In this document: positions 29,601 to 36,546 of the stretch, one piece after another
Numbering within the stretch: position 1 is the first letter of the stretch
How the letters are laid out: each line of letters begins with the position of its first letter
Position numbers and translations under genes: made by a program
The notes under the pieces: generated by a model
Database searches by the model: none
The model's input: the letters and a program-made list of their open reading frames with translations, nothing else
Told to the model about the DNA's origin: nothing
Source: an uncultured bacterium
Lineage (GTDB): Bacteria; Latescibacterota; UBA2968
DNA: 36,546 nt
NCBI GenBank assembly: GCA_964471275.1
Contig: CAYYGZ010000011.1
Location: 1 to 36,546 of the forward strand
Direction: 5' to 3'

Positions 29601-29959
29601 GCCTGTACGAATCCTGGTGCGTCCGCAACCTTGTCGAAGCGGCCGAGACCCGTTTCCACTCTCAGCGAGTCAATGGCTCGCGCTAGGATTGCTTTCTGGC
29701 CCAGATGCCCCACACTCGGTGCCGGTTCGACTGACGCCCACGCCGCAATCGAGCGAGCGACCTGGAGCAGCGTCAGACGATACCAGCCGAAAACCGCTGT
29801 GCCGGACGTAGCGACTGCACGAACCAGTTCATCAGCGGAGGTGCGGGACGCCCCGATGACGAGCGCTCCACCTGAGATGTCCTGGGAGGCGAACCATCGA
29901 AGCACAGAGGTGATTCGTTGATCGGAAGAGGAGCATTGGCAGGAGGTAGGGTTGAGCAT
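26696..29959 (-). CDS. addB: AddB-type subunit with C-terminal Fe-S PD-(D/E)xK nuclease
   Basis: SPTSLQAYAACPYQFF, RGALIH, LRGCIDLLE...VVDHKTG, LQPLLY and CRLCDFKAIC (four Fe-S Cys); inactive helicase-like N-terminal region; directly upstream of addA. ATG 29959 chosen; track start 29995. Confidence 0.85.
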   Translation of the reverse strand: MLNPTSCQCSSSDQRITSVLRWFASQDISGGALVIGASRTSADELVRAVATSGTAVFGWYRLTLLQVARSIAAWASVEPAPSVGHLGQKAILARAIDSLRVETGLGRFDKVADAPGFVQAARDAIEEVGLQGLADDQLEKVTPDFGRLVSRYRSQLRESGMVDRADAYRTTATALADDTFSHPILSLPTVFLDVPVRMRAEIELIRQLARRASCVYATVQEGDDRSSDGLADALACEVTVDEENQNSPLSRMRRRLFDTTSPITDEDADTDSLKVFSEAGEHLECVEIARRIHRLADDGVPFDKIVILLHSPELYRPHVENALNRAGIPAYFSRGVTRPDPSGRAFISLLLCAAEGLSARRFAEYLSLGQVPDATAEGEPPAETEEGDRWVSPDDDLLADPEAVPVPQMDLFAQTAQDSPATVVSGTLRAPRRWERLLVEASVIGGLDRWRRRLGGLEQELVLKLDNRDDLDEATEERLNRELEHLKSLRAYALPILTDLDRLRRPQQWGGWIQRLTALATRCLREPTRVLSVLSELAPMATVGPVGIDEVYRVLAPNLLELTERPESDRYGRVFVASIEAARGLAFDAVFIPGLAERLFPSKIVQDPILGDRLRKRLDPFLVTNEDRVQEERLSLRIAMGAAREQVFLSYPRVDLEHGRQRVSSFYALESLRAMTGKLPSISELDREAQKDRSTRPGWPAPKEANDAIDHAEFDLSIIDALLDARQEEVAGSARYLIESNEHLARSLRWRYRRFSNAWTVADGLMIRKEDERDAIEQHRLKSRAYSPTSLQAYAACPYQFFLKAIQRLSPREEAEAIERIDPLQRGALIHDIQYAALSLLRDRRVLPVTELNLGQAYSVLAEAVYAVADAFHDRLAPAIDRVWQDAITAIHADLREWLYRMSEDETGFVPWRFELSFGLRDMEKADPHSTEEPIEVRSGFRLRGCIDLLERNAKGELRVVDHKTGRVRIPEGAIIGGGESLQPLLYGLATKVLFEGAPAVFGELHYCTAAGGFEKRGFALKDNALLIADRLAETIDGSVERGQLPAAPKEDACRLCDFKAICGHHEEQRTERKPDIPALTWLRSLT

Positions 29960-30074
29960 AGTGAGAATGTAGTCAGCGATAGCCCGAATTACCACACACG
30001 TGTTGGCGAGGAGGCTTTGTCATCTGGCACAAACTAGTTCTCATATAGCAAATATATAATCTGCAAAGCAGGAG

Positions 30075-30232
30075 GACGTCGTCACATCGAGGTGCGGGTC
30101 ATTCGACATCATCGTGCGTTGACCGGTGAGCCCGATCTCGACCTGCGAATCGACGTCACTCTAGGTCACCTTCGACGGGCACGGCACCCTCTATCCGTCC
30201 ACCGAACGAACGGTGCACTTTCGATACAATAG
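30075..30232 (-). repeat. Degenerate copy of the 3' end of the upstream GH32-like gene
   Basis: ATCATCGTGCGTTGACCGG is identical at 30108-30126 and 30339-30357; translation VEIGLTGQRTMMSNDPHL versus gene VEIAGQRTMISYRPDL. Confidence 0.6.
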
Positions 30233-30247
30233 CACAGAAACACTCAC

Positions 30248-32227
30248 TCACTGAATCGTGGCAAACTCAGGGCTCTGAATCTCCACGCACGTCGTCTTGA
30301 ACTGGATTTTAACCGCAGCGAGGTCCGGGCGGTAGGAGATCATCGTGCGTTGACCGGCGATCTCGACGTCGATCAGAGAACCACCGAGCTTGCCTTCCCC
30401 TCTGACGATCACGCGAACCGTGAACGGACGATCGACCCCGCGGAGATGCTCGATCGAATAGTTGCTGTTACGGTGTGGTTTACCGCCTTCGCGCAGAGAC
30501 TTTTGTTTGGCTGCCCAGTGGGTCAACGATCCTGGACCGAACTGGGCACGCTGGTCGTCCAGACGGATCTGCAGTTCACACGCGTTCTGCTCGCCGTCCT
30601 CTGGCAGGAACACCACGGCCAGGGCACCTTCCTCCTCGTTATACGGCTGGACACGGAACGTCAACTCAAAGGGTTCAGCGTCAATCTCGAAGCAGGCGCT
30701 ATCCACGATCTGGCTGGCCAGGACCTTCGCGGTGCCCGTTTCAGGCGTGACCTCAGCCAGCCATTTCGAGCCGATCTTGCCGTCCGGGAACTGGATCAAT
30801 TCACGGATGACGAGGTTGCCTCCCCATCCGCGGATATGGGTCCAGCCGGCCATCAGAAATCGACCATCAGCGATCTGAGTGACTGCCGGCACGTTCAAGC
30901 CATCGTAGAAATCGAGACCCTCCTCCGCGAGATTCCGGTAGACGGACCCATCGGCGTCGGCACTCTTTGCCCAGAGATCCGTGAAGCCCCCAATGACGTA
31001 GTCGTATTCGCCCCACCGAAAGTAGAACGTGCAGTCTCCTCCGGGAGGGAAGACAGAATCCACGCAGCGCCAGCTGTCGTTCACGCGGTCGGCTTGCCAC
31101 GTGCCTTTCGATCCGTTGTTGGCGAACATCCGCAGCTTGCCATCGGGGTCACGGTATACACTGGGGTTTCGGCACGGATGGAAGAAACACCACGTCTTCC
31201 TGAAGTTCGTGACCCCATCCTCACTGACGGCATAGGTCGAACCGATGGGTGCACCGGGTGCACCGCGGTCGAGTAACCCGGTATGGCCCTGCTCCTCGAG
31301 GCATGTCAACTGTGCGGGAAGTGTCGTGTCGTCATCTGGATAGATGCGCTCGGTATGCAGGCCATAGGCCAGGCAGAGGTTGCCGTCGGACACGAATGGC
31401 GTGCCCGTGCCGATCGTCTCACACTGCGTCTCGATCGGAGTGGCCGCCTCGTGATGCGTCCACGTCTTGAAATCGGCGGTGGAAAGATGCTCGAAGTAGT
31501 GTCCGCCTGTGCCAAACTTGCTTTTGTGATGCCGACGGTCATACAGGTAGAAGACGTGGTAGTGTCCCCGATGGTAGAACGTCGCCACATCCCCGACCCA
31601 GCAGTTGTGTCCCGGAGGCGTCCAATACTGAATATCTGAGATCTCACAAACTGAACTTCGAAAGTCAGGTGTTATAGCTGAGAAATAGAGCGACGCTTCG
31701 TCGACGTGATTGCTATCGAGCCACCACGTATGGGTCTCCACCCATCGTGGATATCCGAACGGAAAGTCGTTGTCGAGTTCCACCCCATCCACGACCATCG
31801 ACCATCGAACGCCAGAGAAAACGAGCTCGATGTCGTATCCCTGGCGAGTCGCAGCCTCGGCGGTGGCGGCGACTGCGGGGACTTCGAGCATCGCGAGCGG
31901 GATCCCGATTGTCATCTCACGCCAATCGGGGTGCTCGTCAGAATGAAGCGAGAGTGTCGCTTCCAGAACGGGCACCGAGCCATCCAGCATCTTGAACGCT
32001 GGATAGTTCTGACGATCACGGTCGCCTGGTTCGTGCTGGCGGAGTCGGACGGTCAGCACGTCGGGTATGTCGAGGATAGTACGGTCGCAGGTGAAGGGCA
32101 TCGGAACAACCGTGAGTCTGATCGTGAAGCCAGTCGCCGCATCTTCGGAACACGGGAAATCGGCCTTGGGTCTGTCCGCTACGAGCGTGCTGTGTGGCAA
32201 GGATACGATTCCAGAATACAACGCCAT
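30248..32227 (-). CDS. GH32-like (clan GH-J five-bladed beta-propeller) glycoside hydrolase-family protein
   Basis: WVGDVATFYHRGHYHVFYL, HLSTADFKTWTHH, IGTGT, RNPSVY, GRFLMAGW and LVIREL, with a C-terminal beta-sandwich-like region; AAGGAGG SD. Confidence 0.65.
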   Translation of the reverse strand: MALYSGIVSLPHSTLVADRPKADFPCSEDAATGFTIRLTVVPMPFTCDRTILDIPDVLTVRLRQHEPGDRDRQNYPAFKMLDGSVPVLEATLSLHSDEHPDWREMTIGIPLAMLEVPAVAATAEAATRQGYDIELVFSGVRWSMVVDGVELDNDFPFGYPRWVETHTWWLDSNHVDEASLYFSAITPDFRSSVCEISDIQYWTPPGHNCWVGDVATFYHRGHYHVFYLYDRRHHKSKFGTGGHYFEHLSTADFKTWTHHEAATPIETQCETIGTGTPFVSDGNLCLAYGLHTERIYPDDDTTLPAQLTCLEEQGHTGLLDRGAPGAPIGSTYAVSEDGVTNFRKTWCFFHPCRNPSVYRDPDGKLRMFANNGSKGTWQADRVNDSWRCVDSVFPPGGDCTFYFRWGEYDYVIGGFTDLWAKSADADGSVYRNLAEEGLDFYDGLNVPAVTQIADGRFLMAGWTHIRGWGGNLVIRELIQFPDGKIGSKWLAEVTPETGTAKVLASQIVDSACFEIDAEPFELTFRVQPYNEEEGALAVVFLPEDGEQNACELQIRLDDQRAQFGPGSLTHWAAKQKSLREGGKPHRNSNYSIEHLRGVDRPFTVRVIVRGEGKLGGSLIDVEIAGQRTMISYRPDLAAVKIQFKTTCVEIQSPEFATIQ

Positions 32228-32438
32228 CGTCAGCCACCCTCCTTTATAGAACGCGAACCTGAATCAGCACCCTTGCGGCCCGGGTAACTTCGACCAAACT
32301 TTCCTTCCTCCCAAGCCGCTGTGGGAGTTCTTGAATTGACGTTCTGGTTTCCAAAATCCCAGAATCATCAAGCCATTCACTCAAGGCAGGCTATAACCTG
32401 TCAGCGCCTGAACACGACGCTAGACCCAGGAAGATAAC

Positions 32439-33221
32439 GTGAGCACTCCGCCGATACTGCAAAATAAACACTATGACCGTGCGTCGCTGTTTCAGCCGCA
32501 CGCGCTTGTCAGAGAAGCACGACGACAGAAGGGATTCAGCCAATCTGACGTTCCCTCGTTCTGCGTTCTGGATCCTGACGGTGATCTGTCACGACATCTA
32601 AGAGACTCCGGTGTGCCAACAAACGATAGCTGGGCCTGCTATCACACAGAGATGCGGAATCTGAAGATTGGGGACAACTCGGTCGGAGTCATCGGGTGTG
32701 CGGTCGGAGCATCGTTTGCTGTCCTGGTGGCGGAGCAGCTCTTTGCCTCTGGTTGTGAGTTCTTGATGAGCATTACCTCCGCAGGTCAGCTTGTGCCGCA
32801 CAAGCCGCCTCCCTATTTCCAATTGATTGACCGCAGTCTTCGCGATGAAGGGACAAGCTACCACTACCTTCCACCGTCTGATTTCGTGTCACTGAGAAGC
32901 GACCTCGAAGACTTGGCAGAGGCGATCACGGACGCCGTTCCCGAACTTGTACGAGGGGGGACATGGACAACCGACGCCCCCTTCCGAGAGACTGTCGAGG
33001 CAACCGGAACTATGACAGACAACGGTCTGCTTGCCGTCGAGATGGAAGCTTCGGCCCTCTACGCTTTCGCGCAAGTTTCAGACAAAGACGTAATGTGTTT
33101 CGCTCACATCACGAATCAGATGGCGACCAAAGGGGACGATTTCGAAAAGGGCCACAACAGCGGGAATACCGCTATGATTCAGCTCATTGAGACCTTGTAT
33201 TCTTTGTGCAATCAAGCGTGA
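32439..33221 (+). CDS. Nucleoside phosphorylase (PNP/UDP family)
   Basis: GCAVGASFAVLVAEQL, SITSAG, RDEGTSYHY, WTTDAPFRET and AVEMEASALY. Confidence 0.88.
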   Translation: MSTPPILQNKHYDRASLFQPHALVREARRQKGFSQSDVPSFCVLDPDGDLSRHLRDSGVPTNDSWACYHTEMRNLKIGDNSVGVIGCAVGASFAVLVAEQLFASGCEFLMSITSAGQLVPHKPPPYFQLIDRSLRDEGTSYHYLPPSDFVSLRSDLEDLAEAITDAVPELVRGGTWTTDAPFRETVEATGTMTDNGLLAVEMEASALYAFAQVSDKDVMCFAHITNQMATKGDDFEKGHNSGNTAMIQLIETLYSLCNQA

Positions 33222-33299
33222 CAGGTCGTGGAAGCAGGCTCTCAATCCGTTGGAGATCTCTCACCGTGAATCCCGAACCACTGAAACTGAAGAGTAGAT

Positions 33300-34769
33300 A
33301 TGCAAAGCAATGAAGTGTTCACACCGGCTCCCTCGCCAGAGAGCCAGGGAATCCCGTCACAAGCTATCCTGAATTTCCTGAAACGGGTTGAGACTGAGCG
33401 CATTTGTATGCACGGATTCCTGCTCCTGCGTCACAACCGGATTGCCGCGGAGGGGTACTGGGCCCCGTGGTCGGCTGATCGCAAGCACCGGATGTATTCG
33501 ATCAGCAAAAGCTTCGTCTCCCTGGCGGTCGGAATGATGATCGCCGAAGGCAAGCTCTCCCTCGACGATCGGATCGCCGAATACTTCCCGGACAAGCTGC
33601 CGGATGATCTCCATCCATGGATTGCCGCATCCACCGTCCATGATCTCCTGACAATGTCGACCGCCCATTCCAGGACCACCTACACCCGCGACGATCCCGA
33701 CTGGGTATGGACCTTCTTCAACCGCCAACCATCGCATCCTCCCGGGACAATCTTCTCATACGACACCTCAGCAACGGTTGTTCTCACGGCCACGGTCGAG
33801 CGGCTGGCCGGTATGCCCTTTCTGGACTACTTGCGTCCGCGCTTTCTGGACCGAATCGGATTTTCTGCTGATGCCTTCTGTATACGCACGCCCGAAGGTG
33901 TGTCATGGGGCGGATCGGGCGTGATCTGTACGCTTCGTGATCTGGCAAGAGTCGCACTCACCTGCCTGAACGGCGGCAAGTGGGGCAGCGAACAGGTCCT
34001 CCCCGAAGACTACCTCGACGCAGCGACTGCCAAGCAGATTGACAACACGCTCCGTGGGAACTGCGGATACGGGTATCAGATCTGGCGGGACCCGGAAAAC
34101 AGCTTCTCCTTCCGCGGGATGGGCAGTCAGTACGCCATCTGCTTTCCCGATCAAGCATTCGCGTTCACATGCATTTCAGATACACAGGGCGCGCCCTCCG
34201 GCAGCGCGATCCCGACCGTAATGCGGGAGGAGATCTATCCTCACCTGTCAGACACACCGCTTCCTGAGAATACGGACACCCACGCGGAGCTCTCCGAGAC
34301 AATCGAGCGACTCACCGTCCTGCCCACGCCTGGCCGCACTGACGCTCCTGCGGCTTCGGAGATCGACGGCGCCTGGTATTCTCTGGACGACAACCCGATG
34401 GGGATCAGCCGGACCCGTCTGTCTTTCGCCCCTGGACTCAGCGAGGGCATGTGGGAATACACCAACGGGCAGGGCGACAACGAGCTGCGGTTTGGTATCG
34501 GCCGCGTACTGCCTGGCACCTTCCCACAACGGAACTACTGCGGCGAACAGATCGGCTCGATCCCCGGCATCGAATACGATTGTCTGGCTTCGGCCGCGTG
34601 GATCGACGAGTGGACGCTCAACGTGGAAGTCTACATTACCGACATTCACCTTGGCGGGCTCCGGATGTCGTTCGCATTCAAGGGAAACGAGATCGGTGTG
34701 CTTATGACGAAACAGGCGGAGTTCTTTCTGGATGATTACAGTGGGTTCGCTGGGGGAAAGCGGATATAG
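33300..34769 (+). CDS. Serine hydrolase, beta-lactamase family (6-aminohexanoate-dimer hydrolase/esterase-like)
   Basis: YSISKSF (SxxK), LLTMST, FSYDTS, GYGYQIW and FRGMGSQ. Confidence 0.88.
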   Translation: MQSNEVFTPAPSPESQGIPSQAILNFLKRVETERICMHGFLLLRHNRIAAEGYWAPWSADRKHRMYSISKSFVSLAVGMMIAEGKLSLDDRIAEYFPDKLPDDLHPWIAASTVHDLLTMSTAHSRTTYTRDDPDWVWTFFNRQPSHPPGTIFSYDTSATVVLTATVERLAGMPFLDYLRPRFLDRIGFSADAFCIRTPEGVSWGGSGVICTLRDLARVALTCLNGGKWGSEQVLPEDYLDAATAKQIDNTLRGNCGYGYQIWRDPENSFSFRGMGSQYAICFPDQAFAFTCISDTQGAPSGSAIPTVMREEIYPHLSDTPLPENTDTHAELSETIERLTVLPTPGRTDAPAASEIDGAWYSLDDNPMGISRTRLSFAPGLSEGMWEYTNGQGDNELRFGIGRVLPGTFPQRNYCGEQIGSIPGIEYDCLASAAWIDEWTLNVEVYITDIHLGGLRMSFAFKGNEIGVLMTKQAEFFLDDYSGFAGGKRI

Positions 34770-34963
34770 TCCGGCCTTTGCTGGCAGGGGCGCTGAGGGG
34801 TATGGGCGAAGGGGAGAAAGGGCTGGTTGGCTTGCAGATCGGCCTGATGGATGTTGTTTATCCGATTCTCAGAACAAGCTCACGGCTTCGCGCACTTTGT
34901 TGGATTATGACGCGGGCGAATTGAAGGTTCGATCACGCGGCAGAACGCAAGAAAGGAATCCAC

Positions 34964-36487
34964 GTGTCGGTTTCTGCATTGGGCTCTAGCACGCCGAGGG
35001 GATCTCGCCGACTTGTCTACGTCAGCGATCCGTCTAATACCACCAGTCAGCTCAGCGACCCGGCCAAGCCCGAAGAACTGCGCGAGGTCGTACGCCGTTA
35101 TTCCGAGCTGGCCGAGATCGACACACTCATCCAGGAGATCTGGCACCAGGGGTGGACGCAGTTCTGGCGGGCGGAGACGTGCGGATATGACGCGAGACCT
35201 CAGCATCGACGGCTGATCCCGATGATAGATGCAGGTGTGATGCCCATCGAGGTCTACATCGAAGCGTGTCGCCAGCACGATATGGACTTTCTGGCCGGCT
35301 TCCGGATGAACGACAGACACGGTCACAACACAGACGGGTTCGAACAGCTCTCCCAAACACATCCCGAGTGGATCCTGAAAGGCTACGGACCCTCATCGCC
35401 GCGCACGGCCGATCCTCGGAGCTTCGACATCGGGTGTGCGCTGGACTACACGGTCGACGCTGTCCGCGACTGGGTCTTCTCGATCATAGAGGAGGCTGCC
35501 ACACGCTTCGACATCGATGGGGTCGAGCTGAACTGGCACCGATTGCCGGCGTGTTTCCCTCGGGGTCAGGCCGAATCCTCGCACGAAATGATGACGCAAT
35601 TCGTGCGGCGCGTACGTACGATGCTGGATGAAGCGGGCCGGTCGAAGGGACGTCGGCTGCTTCTGGGTGTGCGCGTGTTGCGCGATCTCGAGAGCTGCAG
35701 AACGATGGGTCTGAACGTTCCAGTCTGGATCTCGGACAGGCTGATCGACTACGTCGCGCCGGGTGACCTCGGGTTCACGGACATCAACGCCCGATTCGAT
35801 GAATTCGTCGTCCTGGCCCGTGAACACGACTGCCTCGTGTATCCCCAGATCCAGGCCAAGCTTGGTTACCATCACCGCAACATCGCTCAAACGCCGGCGC
35901 ACTGTCGAGCGGCTGTTCAGAACTTCTACGGTGCCGGTGCCGACGGCTTCTCCACGCAGAACATCTTCGACGTCGAGGAATACGGGGTCCTGAAGTCACT
36001 GCGCCATCCCGAAAAGGTCGCCGCTGCGGACCGCCACTACGTCTTCTTTCCGCTATGGGGTCCGTCGGACGGCGATCAGGTCGGTTACGGAGGGGACTTC
36101 CCTTATGATCCAGAGGAAATCCGGCTCGATCGCGGGACAGCGGGAGAGCGCCAAACTTACCGGTTCCGGATCTGCGAGCATCTCTCGGAGGAGACGGGTG
36201 TCTGTGACAAGAACCCGAACTCTCAGGCCACGCTGACATTCAGGGCAGATACGCTTTCAGACGATGTGCTTGCCATCGACATAAACGGCCATTCCGTACC
36301 GACCGATCAGATCGAACTCGACTCATCTGCCGATCCGGGAGGGCTTGCGGAGTATCAGCTACCGCTGGGTTCTCCCCCGGTGGTTTTCGGTGACAACGAG
36401 CTGGGGGTTACGGTAATCGAAGGTGATGCGTCGGGTGGGGCGATTATGATAAACGAGTTGGAGGTGTATGTGAGGGGATGGGCCTAG
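34964..36487 (+). CDS. GHL10/DUF187-like TIM-barrel glycoside-hydrolase-like protein
   Basis: FRMNDRH, HPEW, LDYTVDAVRD, FDIDGVELNW and YGAGADG, with a C-terminal beta domain; GAAAGGA SD. Confidence 0.6.
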   Translation: MSVSALGSSTPRGSRRLVYVSDPSNTTSQLSDPAKPEELREVVRRYSELAEIDTLIQEIWHQGWTQFWRAETCGYDARPQHRRLIPMIDAGVMPIEVYIEACRQHDMDFLAGFRMNDRHGHNTDGFEQLSQTHPEWILKGYGPSSPRTADPRSFDIGCALDYTVDAVRDWVFSIIEEAATRFDIDGVELNWHRLPACFPRGQAESSHEMMTQFVRRVRTMLDEAGRSKGRRLLLGVRVLRDLESCRTMGLNVPVWISDRLIDYVAPGDLGFTDINARFDEFVVLAREHDCLVYPQIQAKLGYHHRNIAQTPAHCRAAVQNFYGAGADGFSTQNIFDVEEYGVLKSLRHPEKVAAADRHYVFFPLWGPSDGDQVGYGGDFPYDPEEIRLDRGTAGERQTYRFRICEHLSEETGVCDKNPNSQATLTFRADTLSDDVLAIDINGHSVPTDQIELDSSADPGGLAEYQLPLGSPPVVFGDNELGVTVIEGDASGGAIMINELEVYVRGWA

Positions 36488-36546
36488 CACCGGGCTTGCC
36501 GGAAGACCGCGCCGTACCGAACGAACGCGTCAGAAGGTGGCAATAG

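Noticed and set aside
22442..29959. XRE plus helicase plus nuclease as an anti-phage defence system or Cas4/CRISPR locus
   Set aside because: Domain order and motifs match housekeeping AddAB; the XRE gene is convergent and separately terminated; no CRISPR array or cas genes were seen.
30075..30470. Diversity-generating retroelement TR/VR pair
   Set aside because: Mismatches are not restricted to adenines, indels are present, and there is no reverse transcriptase in the window.
20541..34769. The two SxxK proteins (20541-22034 and 33300-34769) as antibiotic-resistance beta-lactamases
   Set aside because: No signal peptides, and they carry C-terminal extensions typical of the broad esterase/amidase serine-hydrolase family; resistance cannot be inferred.

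Overview
GC-rich bacterial chromosomal segment with a core-plus-catabolic gene content. The mix of sulfatase, GH-like proteins, many transporters and serine hydrolases suggests a heterotroph of the Latescibacterota/Gemmatimonadota/PVC type; this is inference only. Left to right: (-) TPR lipoprotein, orphan FliL-like protein, stand-alone cNMP-binding protein, eno and a YkgJ-type Cys-cluster protein; (+) TAXI-TRAP transporter, sugar ABC transporter, hydroxyacid-oxoacid transhydrogenase and Na+/solute symporter; a TA-flanked MITE-like element present in two copies (14741-15125 and about 18723-18960); (-) enolase-superfamily dehydratase and a decayed TPR pseudogene; (+) class-III aminotransferase, sulfatase, serine hydrolase and XRE regulator; (-) addA/addB separated by a REP-like spacer, then a GH32-like protein followed by a degenerate copy of its own 3' end; (+) nucleoside phosphorylase, a second serine hydrolase and a GHL10-like TIM-barrel protein. 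I saw no rRNA, tRNA, CRISPR array, integrase, transposase, reverse transcriptase or recognisable defence system. The best candidates for something undescribed are the non-autonomous element family carrying REP-like cargo, a structured 5' leader upstream of the Na+/solute symporter, and the flagellum-independent TPR-FliL-cNMP operon. All three are hypotheses that need computation.
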